Origin: an uncultured Thermomicrobia bacterium
Lineage (GTDB): Bacteria; Chloroflexota; Chloroflexia; Thermomicrobiales; JALYUS01
Length of the DNA stretch: 64,000 bases
Reading direction: 5' to 3'
Assembly (NCBI GenBank): GCA_937968015.1
Contig: CALBSO010000143.1
Location: 31,346-95,345 of the forward strand
Part shown: piece after piece, positions 1 through 10,200 of the stretch
How the letters are laid out: each line of letters starts with the position of its first letter
Position numbering within the stretch: the first letter of the stretch is position 1
The notes under the pieces: model-generated
Told to the model about the DNA's origin: nothing
Database searches by the model: none
The model's input: the letters and a program-made list of their open reading frames with translations, nothing else
Made by a program: the position numbers and the translations under genes

Positions 1-346
1 CCTCAACGCCGACGAAATAGCAGGGCTTGGTCGCCTCCGTACCCGTGATCCGCACGCGGCACAGCCCTTCGAGTGAAACAACGATCACACCACCCTGCTC
101 GCGGTCTGATTCCTTGATGCGGCAGAGCGTCCCGACTTCGTAGACATCGCTCGGCGTCGGTTCCTCCACATTTGGATCGCGCAGCGCCGACGCGACGAGG
201 TAGTGATCCCGCTCTATCGCCTCCTCAATCGCGTCGAGCGAGCGCGGCCGACCGACATGGATCTTTGTCGTACTTTGCGGGAAGACGACGATATTCTTGA
301 GCGCCAACAGCGGGTACCGTGGCGCGAACGAATCGAACGTACTCAT
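1..346 (-). CDS. lon: Lon protease, N-terminal substrate-binding domain (5-prime part only; gene continues past window start)
   Basis: Absent from the ORF track because it is open at the window edge. Reverse-strand translation from ATG at 346-344 gives MSTFDSFAPRYPLLALKNIVVFPQSTTKIHVGRPRSLDAIEEAIERDHYLV..., the PLLPLRN-VVFP-type LON N-domain opening. A purine-rich GGAAGGGGG run lies upstream. Confidence 0.7.
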   Translation of the reverse strand, partial: MSTFDSFAPRYPLLALKNIVVFPQSTTKIHVGRPRSLDAIEEAIERDHYLVASALRDPNVEEPTPSDVYEVGTLCRIKESDREQGGVIVVSLEGLCRVRITGTEATKPCYFVGVE

Positions 347-481
347 TTCCCGTGCCCCCTTCCAGTCGTCACCTCACCCGTGACTTCTGGCTCCTTCGAA
401 CGGCAGATGTTCCGCCGTCCCGACCTCTTCCCAACAATCCCCCGTGCCTGTGACGTTACCATCCCTACCCGGTCGGTCTCG

Positions 482-1402
482 TCACGCCGTCATTAACCGC
501 TTAACGGTAATTGCGCGTTTATAGCACAACCCGCGATCGGCGCCCGCTTTCGCCGCCACTTCTTTTGCCGCCGCCGCAAGGGAATAACCCGACGCAAGTA
601 ACCCATGCAGCAGCGTGTCAATGGTCCCGTCGTCCATGACCGTCTCGATCGCTGTTGCCGCCGCAATGATGACAACGTATTCGCCGCGTGGCGGCCGATC
701 TCTGAACCCTTCGACCGCCGCTGCCAGCGTCGTGACGACCACTTCCTCGTGCAGTTTCGTCAATTCGCGGCAGATGGCGCATGTCCGGTCGCCGAGAACC
801 TCAAGCGCATTCGCCATCGTCGCCGCGACACGATGCGGCGCTTCAAAGATCACCGCGGGATGTGGCAAGGCGCACATTGATTCGAGCGCGGCATGTCGGG
901 CGGCCCGCTTGGCCGGAAGGAAACCGAGGAAGGTAAATGGCCCCGGTACGAGCCCGGAAGCGACGACTGCGGCGAGCACTGAAGACGGCCCGGGAACCGG
1001 CACGACACGATGCCCCGCCGCGCGCACCGCCGGGACGAGGTGCGTGCCCGGATCGGCGATGAGGGGCGTGCCCGCGTCGGAGACAAGCGCGACATCGTCC
1101 CCCGCATCGAGGTGTGAGACAATCGCCGCCGTGCGATCCCGTTCGTTGTGCTCATGGAGCGAAAGATAGCGCGCGCTCACGCCGAAGTGCGCGAGCAACT
1201 GCCCGGTATGGCGGGTGTCCTCGGCGGCCACGACCGCGACCTCCCGCAATACACGGAGTGCCCTCAAGGTAATATCCTCGCGGTTGCCAATCGGCGTTGC
1301 CACGATAAACAGCGTCCCCACAAGCCGCTTCTTCCCTCTTGTCGAACAGTATAACGGGCCCGCGCGCAAAACGGGGCTGCGTATACGCGCACGCGTAACC
1401 AT
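482..1402 (-). CDS. rsmI: 16S rRNA (cytidine1402-2'-O)-methyltransferase RsmI
   Basis: 306-aa ORF. LFIVATPIGNREDITLRALRVLREVAVVAAEDTRHTGQLL is the RsmI/tetrapyrrole-methylase N-terminal signature. The N-terminus is longer than usual, so an alternative GTG start at 1321 (VGTLFIV...) is possible. Confidence 0.88.
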   Translation of the reverse strand: MVTRARIRSPVLRAGPLYCSTRGKKRLVGTLFIVATPIGNREDITLRALRVLREVAVVAAEDTRHTGQLLAHFGVSARYLSLHEHNERDRTAAIVSHLDAGDDVALVSDAGTPLIADPGTHLVPAVRAAGHRVVPVPGPSSVLAAVVASGLVPGPFTFLGFLPAKRAARHAALESMCALPHPAVIFEAPHRVAATMANALEVLGDRTCAICRELTKLHEEVVVTTLAAAVEGFRDRPPRGEYVVIIAAATAIETVMDDGTIDTLLHGLLASGYSLAAAAKEVAAKAGADRGLCYKRAITVKRLMTA

Positions 1403-1418
1403 TGCTCATACAAAGAGC

Positions 1419-1447
1419 ATTGTACGAACACTTCTGTTGCTTTGCAA
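1419..1447 (-). promoter_or_regulatory. sigma70-type promoter candidate for rsmI (TTGCAA-17nt-TACAAT)
   Basis: Reverse strand reads TTGCAA agcaacagaagtgttcg TACAAT, with exact 17-nt spacing, ending about 17 nt upstream of ATG 1402. This favours either a near-leaderless mRNA or the downstream GTG start. Confidence 0.4.
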
Positions 1448-1449
1448 GA

Positions 1450-1485
1450 TGTAAAAGGAGAACCGGATCGTTGTCCGGTTCTCCT
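1450..1485 (-). terminator. Rho-independent terminator downstream of hsp20
   Basis: 12-bp perfect stem AGGAGAACCGGA / TCCGGTTCTCCT (1456-1467 / 1474-1485) with a 6-nt loop. On the minus-strand RNA it is followed by UUUAC, 34 nt after the hsp20 stop. Confidence 0.6.
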
Positions 1486-1518
1486 GAATATACCGAAGGA
1501 TTGCGACGGTATCGTCGT

Positions 1519-2082
1519 TTACGCCGGTCGGCTGCCCGCGCCGACTTTCGCGTGCTGGCCCGTGCCGGTCTCCGCACCATTCACGGCGGTTCCGGTCGCG
1601 CTCTCGCTCGCGTTACTGTCAATCGCGGCGTGCGCATTGATCTTGATGGAGCGGGGCTTTGCTGCCTCCGCTTTCGGCAGCGTCAGATGCAGAACGCCAT
1701 GCTCGAAATCTGCCTGCGCCTGATCCGCTTTCACCTGCGCTGGCAGGGTCAGCACGCGTTGAACCATTCCGTGCCGCCGCTCGCGGACAATCCATCGGCC
1801 GTTCTCAGCATTCCCGTTATGCTGCTCGTGTGCTTCCTTCGTCTCTGCCTGGATACGCAATGTTTCCCCGAGGACGGTAATGTCAACATCCTCCGGTTTC
1901 ACGCCCGGCAACGCCGCCGTCACTTCGAACGCCTCCGGCGTCTCCTTGATGTTAACCGCCAGCGTCGCCGTCGCTCCCGGTTGGTCGCCGCGCGGGGCAA
2001 CATAGGATTCTTCAAGCAGATTCGCCATCGCCTCCCGCAGCGACATCATGTCCCGGAAGGGATCCCAACGTGTGATGCTCAT
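1519..2082 (-). CDS. Hsp20/alpha-crystallin family small heat-shock protein
   Basis: 187-aa ORF opening MSITRWDPFRDMMSLREAMANLL. The alpha-crystallin core reads AVNIKETPEAFEVTAALPGVKPEDVDITV...ERRHGMVQRVLTLPAQV...GVLHLTLPK. AAGGAGG SD lies 6 nt upstream of the ATG. Confidence 0.9.
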   Translation of the reverse strand: MSITRWDPFRDMMSLREAMANLLEESYVAPRGDQPGATATLAVNIKETPEAFEVTAALPGVKPEDVDITVLGETLRIQAETKEAHEQHNGNAENGRWIVRERRHGMVQRVLTLPAQVKADQAQADFEHGVLHLTLPKAEAAKPRSIKINAHAAIDSNASESATGTAVNGAETGTGQHAKVGAGSRPA

Positions 2083-2134
2083 CGTGAACCTCCTTCATCG
2101 CGTCTATCCCTATCAGCCTTTCGGCCTCATAGAT

Positions 2135-2163
2135 ATAATAGAACATGAGTCGTATCATGTCAA
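2135..2163 (-). promoter_or_regulatory. Near-consensus sigma70 promoter for hsp20 (TTGACA-17nt-TATTAT)
   Basis: Reverse strand reads TTGACA tgatacgactcatgttc TATTAT, about 50 nt upstream of the hsp20 start. No CIRCE element here. Confidence 0.55.
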
Positions 2164-2282
2164 GTATCTCTGCACGACCCGCAGCCGATCGCAGGAGAGG
2201 CCACGCCGTTGATCGCGTGACCCGTTCCTGATGGATGTGCGATGAGTGGTGAGGGTTGCGGGCTGGCCCGATAACGATCGTG

Positions 2283-2726
2283 TCAGGGTTTTCGCGCCCA
2301 GAGTGTGCGCGTCGTCTGCGCCTCTCCGGCAACGAGATCGAGCGTCACCTGCCGTTCGTGGCGGCGGAGTTCCTGGAAGGCGCGTGAAGCATCTTCGGCT
2401 TCGTCGTGGAATCCCAGGGCGTGGAATCGCTGAATGATCGCTTCCAGGATGCCTTGCTCAGTGAAGGCGCGCGTCGAACCGAGCCATGGCGCGAGCGTCA
2501 ATTGGGCGATAGTCGTAAACTCAGGGCGGAGTCGCCGCACCGACTGCAACCGCTCCTCGGCGGAACCAACCATGTTATCTAACAGGACGACGGGGCCATG
2601 ATCGGCATCGTGACGGGTGTCTACGATCAGCGCCTTGCCGATGCGTGGGAAAAAGATGCTCATCACCTCCGCTTCGGCGAGCGCGCGGATGATCTTGCTA
2701 CTTGAAATGTTGTATGCGTTGTCCAT
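2283..2726 (-). CDS. Hypothetical protein (147 aa), no family recognised
   Basis: ORF with a strong SD (GAGGAGGA, 9-nt spacing) before ATG 2726, 44 nt downstream of the IMPase-family gene on the same strand. Amino-acid composition is protein-like. Confidence 0.55.
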   Translation of the reverse strand: MDNAYNISSSKIIRALAEAEVMSIFFPRIGKALIVDTRHDADHGPVVLLDNMVGSAEERLQSVRRLRPEFTTIAQLTLAPWLGSTRAFTEQGILEAIIQRFHALGFHDEAEDASRAFQELRRHERQVTLDLVAGEAQTTRTLWARKP

Positions 2727-2770
2727 CGTCTGCCGTCCTCCTCACCGGTTGGAAATGCGCGGGCTATCAC

Positions 2771-3661
2771 TCAGGCGGTTGTCTCGTCCCTCGTGGCGTC
2801 GGCGCCCGCCGGTTTCGCGCGTTGCTCGGTTTCCGCATTTGGTTTCCCGGCGCCATGACCGTTTTTACTCATTGCTAGCACATCGAGCATTTTCTCGTGG
2901 AGATGACCGTTCGAGCCGACAATGTCGTGACCATCTATCCGGAAGGGATTGCCATACGGATCGGAGATCGTTCCGCCCGCTTCCTGGATCATCAATGCGC
3001 CTGCCGCCATGTCCCACGGCTGCAAGTTCAATTCCCAGAAGCCATCGAACCGTCCGGCGGCAACATAGCAGAGATCGAGGGCGGCCGCACCATCGCGGCG
3101 AGTCGCCTGCGTGCGCAGGACGAAGTTTCCCCAGTTGACGAGATTATTTGTCGGGCCGTCCAGCCGGTAAGGAAAACCGGTGCACAGTAATCCGCCGATG
3201 AGGTCGGTGACACCGGAAACGGCAATCGGCGCGCTATTCAGCGTCGCTCCGCCGCCCTTGATCGCGACGAAGAGTTCGTTCATATACGGCGCGAAGACGA
3301 CACCGATGAGGGGTTCGCCCGCGCGCTCAACCGCGATAGAGACGCAATAGAGCGGGTAGTGGTGCGCGAAATTCGTCGTGCCGTCGAGCGGATCAATGAT
3401 CCACCGGTAGGCGCCGCCGCCGCCGGCACTCGTCCCTTCCTCAGCGAGAATCTGATGATCGGGATACGATCGTGTGATCGCATCAATGATGATTTGCTCG
3501 CTGCGTTTGTCCGCCTCCGTGACGAGATCACGCTTCCCTTCGCCTTTGAAGATGATCTCTTTGATGCCTTGTTCAGCCACCGCGCGGATCGCCGTACCGG
3601 CTTCGCGCGCCGCCGCGATCGCGACATCACGCATCTCGATGAACTCATTCGGAATGGACAC
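2771..3661 (-). CDS. Inositol monophosphatase family protein (SuhB/IMPase-like)
   Basis: WIIDPLDGTTNFAHHYPLYCVSIA and the ATRRDGAAALDLCYVAAGRFDGFWE motifs are typical of the IMPase/FBPase fold. I place the start at GTG 3661 (VSIPNEFIEMRDVAIAAAREAG) because AAGGAG lies 5 nt upstream. The ORF track extends to 3793. Confidence 0.85.
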   Translation of the reverse strand: MSIPNEFIEMRDVAIAAAREAGTAIRAVAEQGIKEIIFKGEGKRDLVTEADKRSEQIIIDAITRSYPDHQILAEEGTSAGGGGAYRWIIDPLDGTTNFAHHYPLYCVSIAVERAGEPLIGVVFAPYMNELFVAIKGGGATLNSAPIAVSGVTDLIGGLLCTGFPYRLDGPTNNLVNWGNFVLRTQATRRDGAAALDLCYVAAGRFDGFWELNLQPWDMAAGALMIQEAGGTISDPYGNPFRIDGHDIVGSNGHLHEKMLDVLAMSKNGHGAGKPNAETEQRAKPAGADATRDETTA

Positions 3662-3814
3662 TTGCGCTCCTTCAACGGCGACCGTGCGCGGCATGCACTG
3701 CCGCCCGATCAGTATACCCGACCGGGCTACACGTACCGTGGGCAGTCCTGTATTACAATAGGCCGACGCGGCCAGCGAATCGCCAGCCACCATCGCACCG
3801 ACCGAGGAACAATA

Positions 3815-5341
3815 ATGCGTGTGGAACGGCGCGGTCGGTCACACATCACCCGACGCATTGCCATTGGCGGCATCGCGCACGAAACGAATCTTTTCAGCGT
3901 TGTACCGACGGATTACGAGCAGTTTCGCCAGCGCCTCTTGATCGGGGGCCACGATCTTCTCTCCGGGTTCGCCGGCACGCGGACGGTCATCGGCGGTTTT
4001 CTCGACGGTGTCACGGCCATCGGCGCAACGGCGATTCCACTGCTGTTCGCCTCCGCCACTCCCGGTGGGATCGTCACCCGCAGCGCGTACGCCGACCTGC
4101 GGCGATCGCTGCTCGACGATCTGCGCGCGGCGGGTGCCGTGGATGGGGTTTTGCTGGGGCTGCACGGCGCGATGGTCACTGAGGATGTCTCGGACGCGGA
4201 GGCCGATCTCCTACGGGCTGTCCGAGCGATCGTCGGGCCGGGGGTGCCACTGATCGCGACGCTCGATTCACATGCGAATATTTCCCCCGCGATGGTGCGG
4301 GCTGCCGATGCGCTGGTCGCGTACACGACGTACCCGCATGTTGACACCTACGAGCGTGGGTACGAAGCAACCGCGCTCCTCCAGCGCCTTCTCGATGGAC
4401 GGACAACCATCACGACCGCGCTCGCGTGCCCGCCAATGCTCGTGCCTCTCCCACCGCAATGCACGACGGAGGAGACACCCATGCGTTGGGTGTTACGGGT
4501 TGCCGAGCGCGAGCGGCGGCGCCCGGGCGTGCTGAATATCAGCGTCGCGGGCGGTTTCCCCTACAGCGACATCCGCGATGCTGGTCTGCGTGTGCTCGTT
4601 TCGACCGCGAACAACCAATTGCTCGCACAAGAAATCGCCGATCGTATCGCGGGTGACGCATGGCGGCGTCGCGCGGAATTCGCCCCGACTCTCACGCCCG
4701 TTGATGAGGCGGTGCGGCAAGTCAGAGAAGCGATACGACATCCCGTGGTCCTCTCGGACACCGGCGACAATCCCGGTGCGGGCGCGCCATGCGATGGTAC
4801 CACGCTGCTGGCGGCGCTTCGCGAGGCGCGCCTGCGCGACGTCATCATCGGTGTAATCCGCGATCCGGAGACCGTCGCGCGGGCAGTAGCGGCAGGCGCC
4901 GGCACGGCGATCACGGTACGACTAGGCGGCAAGACGGACGACCGGCACGGCGCTTCGGTGAACGCGGATGCCCGCGTCGTACGGATCACCGATGGCGTCT
5001 TTACCAACACAGGCCCGATGGGAACCGGCGGACGCACGCGCATGGGCATTACCGCCGTCCTCGATCTGGACGGCATCACGGTGATCGTGACGGACCAACG
5101 CGTCCAGGCGCTCGATCTATCGCTCTTCCGCAGCCTCGGCGTTGAGCCAACGACCGCACGGGCAATCGTGGTCAAATCGAGCGTCCACTTCCGGGCGGCG
5201 TTTGCGCCGATTGCCGCGAAGATTCTTGATGTGGACACGCCAGGCATCAGCAGCCCGCATCTCGAGCGATTTGCCTTTCGTCAGGTGCGCCGCCCGATCT
5301 GGCCATTGGATGCGGATACAGTGTATTCGGCAGGAGGATGA
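3815..5341 (+). CDS. M81 family metallopeptidase (MlrC / DUF1485-like)
   Basis: RIAIGGIAHETNLFS N-terminal signature and the MlrC C-terminal region. The listed ORF (3359-5341) overlaps the IMPase gene in antisense, so the first non-overlapping in-frame ATG (3815) is taken. Confidence 0.75.
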   Translation: MRVERRGRSHITRRIAIGGIAHETNLFSVVPTDYEQFRQRLLIGGHDLLSGFAGTRTVIGGFLDGVTAIGATAIPLLFASATPGGIVTRSAYADLRRSLLDDLRAAGAVDGVLLGLHGAMVTEDVSDAEADLLRAVRAIVGPGVPLIATLDSHANISPAMVRAADALVAYTTYPHVDTYERGYEATALLQRLLDGRTTITTALACPPMLVPLPPQCTTEETPMRWVLRVAERERRRPGVLNISVAGGFPYSDIRDAGLRVLVSTANNQLLAQEIADRIAGDAWRRRAEFAPTLTPVDEAVRQVREAIRHPVVLSDTGDNPGAGAPCDGTTLLAALREARLRDVIIGVIRDPETVARAVAAGAGTAITVRLGGKTDDRHGASVNADARVVRITDGVFTNTGPMGTGGRTRMGITAVLDLDGITVIVTDQRVQALDLSLFRSLGVEPTTARAIVVKSSVHFRAAFAPIAAKILDVDTPGISSPHLERFAFRQVRRPIWPLDADTVYSAGG

Positions 5342-7056
5342 CGATGAGCAGCATCCGGGCGCGCGAAACGGCGCAACGCGGTCGCCTCGTTGATGTCGCG
5401 GCAGGACACGCGCCCGCCGACCTCATTCTCGCCAACGCGCGGATCGTCAATGTCTACGCAGGCGATATCGAGGAGGGCAACATTGCGATCTGTGACGGCC
5501 GGATCGCGGGTGTCGGGCCATACACGAATGGCGTGAAGACGGTTGATCTCCACGGACGGTATCTCGCGCCCGGCTTGATGGACGCGCATATCCATCTCGA
5601 ATCGAGCCTCCTTTGGGTCAACGAATTCGCGCGCGCCGTCATCCCACACGGGACGAGCGCGACGGTCTCGGATCCACATGAAATCGCCAATGTGCTCGGC
5701 CTTATCGGCATGCGCGCATTGATTGCCGGGACGCGCGATCTGCCAATGTCGTGCTACTTCACGATGCCGTCGTGCGTGCCCGCCAGCCCGCGTGAGACAT
5801 CCGGCGCGACGTTCGGGCCGGATGAGATCGCGGAAGGACTGGCGATACCTGAAGTGATCGGTCTCGGGGAACTGATGGCCTACCCGCTGGTGATCGGCGG
5901 TGTCCCGGATGTTCTCGCCCGCGTGATGGCCGCCGAGGAGGCGCATCGGCCAATTGACGGCCACGCGCCCGGCGTGCGTGGCGCCGACGTGCAGGCATAC
6001 ATCGCCGCCGGCCCGCGCTCCGATCATGAATCAGTGACGCACGACGAAGCGGCGGAGAAGTTGCGGCGCGGGATGTCCATTATGATCCGTGAGGGTTCAA
6101 CGGAGCACAATCTCGCCGCCCTGCTTCCGCTCGTGAATGACCATACATGGCCGTTCATCATGTTTTGCTCCGACGACCGGGAATGCTCGACGCTCGTCAC
6201 CGACGGGCACATGGACGAAACGCTGAGGCAGGCCGTCCGTCGCGGCCTCGACCCAATCCGCGCGCTGCAACTCTGCACGATTAACACGGCGCGGTTCTGG
6301 AACTTCCGCGATCGCGGCGCCATCGCACCGGGGATGCGTGCCGATCTCGTCGTACTGGAAGACCTCACGGCGTTCCGTGCCCTGCATACATACCATGCGG
6401 GCAGATGCGTCGCATCGGACGGCGTACCACTTTTCGAGAACGAGACGGTGATTCCGGATGTATTGCGGCGTACGATGTCCATCGGCGAGTTCGGCGTCGC
6501 GCGGCTCGGTTTACCTTCGGACGGTGGCATGATGGACGCGGTCGGCATTATTCCCGGCCAGATCGTCACGGAGCATCTGCGTGTCGCACCGCTCGTTGTG
6601 GACGGCTACATTCAGGCCGACCCCGCGCGCGACATCCTCAAACTCGCGTGCATCGAGCGGCACCGCGCGACCGGGAATGTCGGCGTCGGACTGGTGATCG
6701 GATTGGGATTGCGGGAGGGCGCGATTGCCTCATCCGTCGCGCATGACGCGCACAACATCATCGTCGCCGGAGCAAACGACGATGACATCGCCGGTGCGGT
6801 CCGCGAGATCGAACGGATGGACGGCGGACTCGTTCTTGTCGTCAATAACGTGGTATGTGGTCGGCTACCGTTGCCAATTGCCGGTTTACTCTCCGATCAG
6901 CCCGCCGCGTCGGTCGCAAAAGAACTTGAGCATCTCTCGCGGCAAGTGCAGGCGCTCGGTTCGCCGCTCTCCGCGCCCTTCGCGACGCTCTCATTTCTCG
7001 CGCTGTCGGTGATCCCGGCGGCACGCGTGACCGATCAGGGATTCGTGGCGCTCTGA
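5338..7056 (+). CDS. ade: Adenine deaminase
   Basis: 572 aa. APGLMDAHIHLESS, SDPHEIANV, MSIMIREGS, SVAHDAHNIIV and LPLPIAGLLS blocks are collinear with enterobacterial Ade. ATGA overlap with the upstream gene; the start may instead be ATG 5344. Confidence 0.85.
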   Translation: MTMSSIRARETAQRGRLVDVAAGHAPADLILANARIVNVYAGDIEEGNIAICDGRIAGVGPYTNGVKTVDLHGRYLAPGLMDAHIHLESSLLWVNEFARAVIPHGTSATVSDPHEIANVLGLIGMRALIAGTRDLPMSCYFTMPSCVPASPRETSGATFGPDEIAEGLAIPEVIGLGELMAYPLVIGGVPDVLARVMAAEEAHRPIDGHAPGVRGADVQAYIAAGPRSDHESVTHDEAAEKLRRGMSIMIREGSTEHNLAALLPLVNDHTWPFIMFCSDDRECSTLVTDGHMDETLRQAVRRGLDPIRALQLCTINTARFWNFRDRGAIAPGMRADLVVLEDLTAFRALHTYHAGRCVASDGVPLFENETVIPDVLRRTMSIGEFGVARLGLPSDGGMMDAVGIIPGQIVTEHLRVAPLVVDGYIQADPARDILKLACIERHRATGNVGVGLVIGLGLREGAIASSVAHDAHNIIVAGANDDDIAGAVREIERMDGGLVLVVNNVVCGRLPLPIAGLLSDQPAASVAKELEHLSRQVQALGSPLSAPFATLSFLALSVIPAARVTDQGFVAL

Positions 7057-7064
7057 TCTGGTTA

Positions 7065-7226
7065 TCAACGTTCATCTATGCCGCCGATGCGACGGCGGAT
7101 CGCTTTTTGCTTCCGCCGCCGCGCGCGGCGATCCATTTTCAAGGCCCACCGACTGACGACGACCGCGAGGAGCGCGGCGGCCACGAGGCCGATGATCAGC
7201 ACCGCTACACCGACCTGGACGGACAC
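7065..7226 (-). CDS. Candidate small single-pass membrane protein (53 aa) with basic C-terminal tail
   Basis: GTG at 7226-7224 overlaps the last base of the helicase TAG stop (TAGTG). AAGGAG lies 7 nt upstream. The product is VSVQVGVAVLIIGLVAAALLAVVVSRWALKMDRRARRRKQKAIRRRIGGIDER, one hydrophobic helix plus an Arg/Lys-rich tail. Confidence 0.35.
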   Translation of the reverse strand: MSVQVGVAVLIIGLVAAALLAVVVSRWALKMDRRARRRKQKAIRRRIGGIDER

Positions 7227-10200
7227 TACACGGCTCCTTCGAGAGAGAGAGGCGCATCGTCGGGCGCCAGGACGGCAGACACCGGCATAATGCCAATCGT
7301 GTAGGACTGCGCGACGATGCCGCGCCGCACGCGCTGTTCCGCCGCCGCCAGCCGTTCGACGAGTGGGCTTTCCGGGCGGACGGCCTGGAGCATCGTCCGT
7401 ACCTGACGCATGATATCCAGCGACTTGTTGAACGCGAGCACGACATCGCCCTCGCTGAGGCCAACCTTCTCGACAATGCGCTCCATTACCGCCCCGCGAC
7501 ACCATGCGCGGAGCGCGCCGTAAAAGAGTGGGTGATACCCCGTGGTAATCGTCAGCCCGGCCCGCCGTTCCGCGACGAGGACGCCATGTGTCAAAACATC
7601 GAGACGTTCACGCACGAGGGTGAGGTGACGCGGCAACTCGAAGGTATTTTCGAACCGCGCGTCCCGATCGTAGGCGAACCATGAAAAGACTTCCGCCACA
7701 TCTTCCGGGGAGAGGTCGTCGAGCCAACCCCGATCAACGAGTTCGGCGACGACAAGCGCGTTCGTGTCAAAGATGTCCGCGAGCAGATCCGCTTTCGGCG
7801 TCGTGTAGCCGCGATGCAGGTAGCCGAATTGATGCAGGACGGCGGCGATGCCACGAATCACGTTGCGCGTCTGCGCGTCGTCCGCCTGTGACTCCTGGGC
7901 CGCCCGATCCGCCATGATCTGGCGCTCGCGTGCCAGCCGTTCGAGGACGGCAAGATTTCGCCGGTGCTCATCGCGAACGGGGCAGGCTTCACAAACGTGC
8001 GCGCGTTGTTGCTCGGTGAGGCGCAGCACGGCGTCGTGCGCGGTTTGGGTCGCTTCGCGGGCAGCCTCCAGCTCTTCGCGTTGCACGAGGCGGCGGGCAG
8101 CGCGAAATTCCGACAGCCACGCGTCGAGATCAGGAAGGCCAAGCGCCGCGACATCTGCTCGGAGCGCATTCCATTCCGAGGGTGCGAGCGATGCGGCGAC
8201 GTTCTCGGTGTTTTCCGGGAGCACGACGAGCGATTCGGGCAGCGTGATCGCCGCATTGGGCGACGGCAAGTGATCAATCTGACGGTACTCGCTCACAATG
8301 CGAATGGAAGGGGGCGCATCCATGTCGGCTAGCCCGAACAGGAAACGACCAATCGCCGCGTGCGTCGCGTCAATCGGCCGGCCGAGATAGACACCCCAAC
8401 CCTTCTCCCGGACGTGAATCATCGCGCCGACCGGCAGCGTGCGGAAGACCTGGCGCAGCACATGCCGTGTCGGCTCTTTCCACGGGCGGTCGTCCGTCAT
8501 CATCAGCACGCGCGTCTCGTCCTCCCGCGCGCGACGTTCCTGCGTCTCCGCCAGTTTGACGCCCCGTCCGAGCGCGCGAAATTCGTTGAGCAGGTCGTCG
8601 CCGCCCTCATAGCCGAGCAAACAGCCCTTCGACACCGTGGCGATCCGCTCCTCCAGGGCCATTAAGTCCATTTCTGTATCGCGGACGCGCCGGTTCGTCT
8701 GATATTGCAACAGGCTCTGGCTCAACAACTGACGCACGCGTTCGCCTGCCGGTGGATCCCAGAGGTTGAGGACCGTGTTGTACCGCACCGAAAATCCGCT
8801 CCGCACCGGATGGAGCGGACCCGTTGCGATCTGCAACATCTCCGTGAATGAGATGCGTGCGCTGTACGGCGTCACCACATGGCCGAGCGCGTCCATCCCC
8901 CGCCGCCCCGCTCGCCCCGACATTTGCTGGAACTCATTGGGGATGAGCAGGCGGCGCCGGCGCCCATCCCACTTCGTCAGCCGCCCGATCACACACGTCC
9001 GGGCGGGCATGTTGACGCCGAGCGCCAGTGTGTCCGTCGCGTAGACGACACCCATCAAGCCGCCGGTAAAGAGCGTCTCGACCAACTGCTTGAGGATGGG
9101 CAACAGCCCCGCGTGATGATAACCGATGCCGCGCCGCGCCAGCCGGACGATCTGCGCGACCTGCGATAGTTGCTGGTCTTCGTTCGCCAACAGTCGCAGA
9201 TGCGCCTCAATGGTCGCCTCGATTGCGGCGGCATTGCCATTCGCCGTGAAATCCACCCCGGCCGCTGCCGCGTGTTGTGCCCAAACCTCGCACTCCTTGC
9301 GGCTGAACTGGAAATAGATCGCGGGCAGCATCTCCTGCTGCTGCAAGGCGAGGACGATCTCCGTCGGCGTCGGCTCGTCGCGCTCCGGCGGCATGTCGAG
9401 CGCGTCTTCTTCCCATGACTGACCGCGATAGGCGCGGCGGTATTCGCCACCGATGTCCGGGAAATCCGCGACCTGTCGCCCGGTGCGGTCAATGACGAGA
9501 TGGAGCGCGCCATCGAGATAGTAGTAGAGCGCGAGCGGCACCGCGCGCTCATCATGGGTGATCAGGTGGATGGGCCGGTGCGTCCGACCGATCCATGCAG
9601 CAATCTCCTGCGCGTTCGAGACCGTCGCGGAGAGACACACCAACTGGATGTGTTCCGGGCAGAGGATGATCGCCTCCTCCCACGTCGTGCCGCGTTCCGG
9701 GTCGGCGAGAAAGTGGATTTCATCGAAGATGATCGCATCCACCGTGTCCATTTCCCACGGCGCCTGGATGAGCATGTTCCGCACGACTTCGGTCGTCATG
9801 ACGAGAATCGGCGCGCGTGGATTGACGGTCACATCCCCGGTGAGCAGACCGACCGCGTCACCGTAGCGGGCGCGGAGATCGCGGAACTTCTGGTTCGAGA
9901 GCGCCTTGATCGGGGTCGTGTACATAACGCGGGCGCGGCGACCCAACGCGCTGTGAACGGCGTACTCCGCGACGACGGTCTTCCCCGTCCCGGTTGGCGC
10001 GGCAACCATCACCGATTCGCCCCGCCCCAGCAGGCCGATCGCTTCTTCCTGGAACGGATCGAGGGAAAATGGATAGAGTGCGTGAAAGGGTGACGGCGCG
10101 GTATCGTCCGTTTGGCCATCACCCGGCACGTCGGCGCGTGGGTCAGCCGCATCATCCGGATGGGGAGGTGGGTCGGATTGTTTCGGCGACGCTGTCAATG

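Noticed and set aside
3359-3814. N-terminal 152 codons of the listed 660-aa MlrC-like ORF.
   Set aside because: They are antisense to the IMPase-family gene, and the family signature (RIAIGGIAHETN) starts right after ATG 3815.
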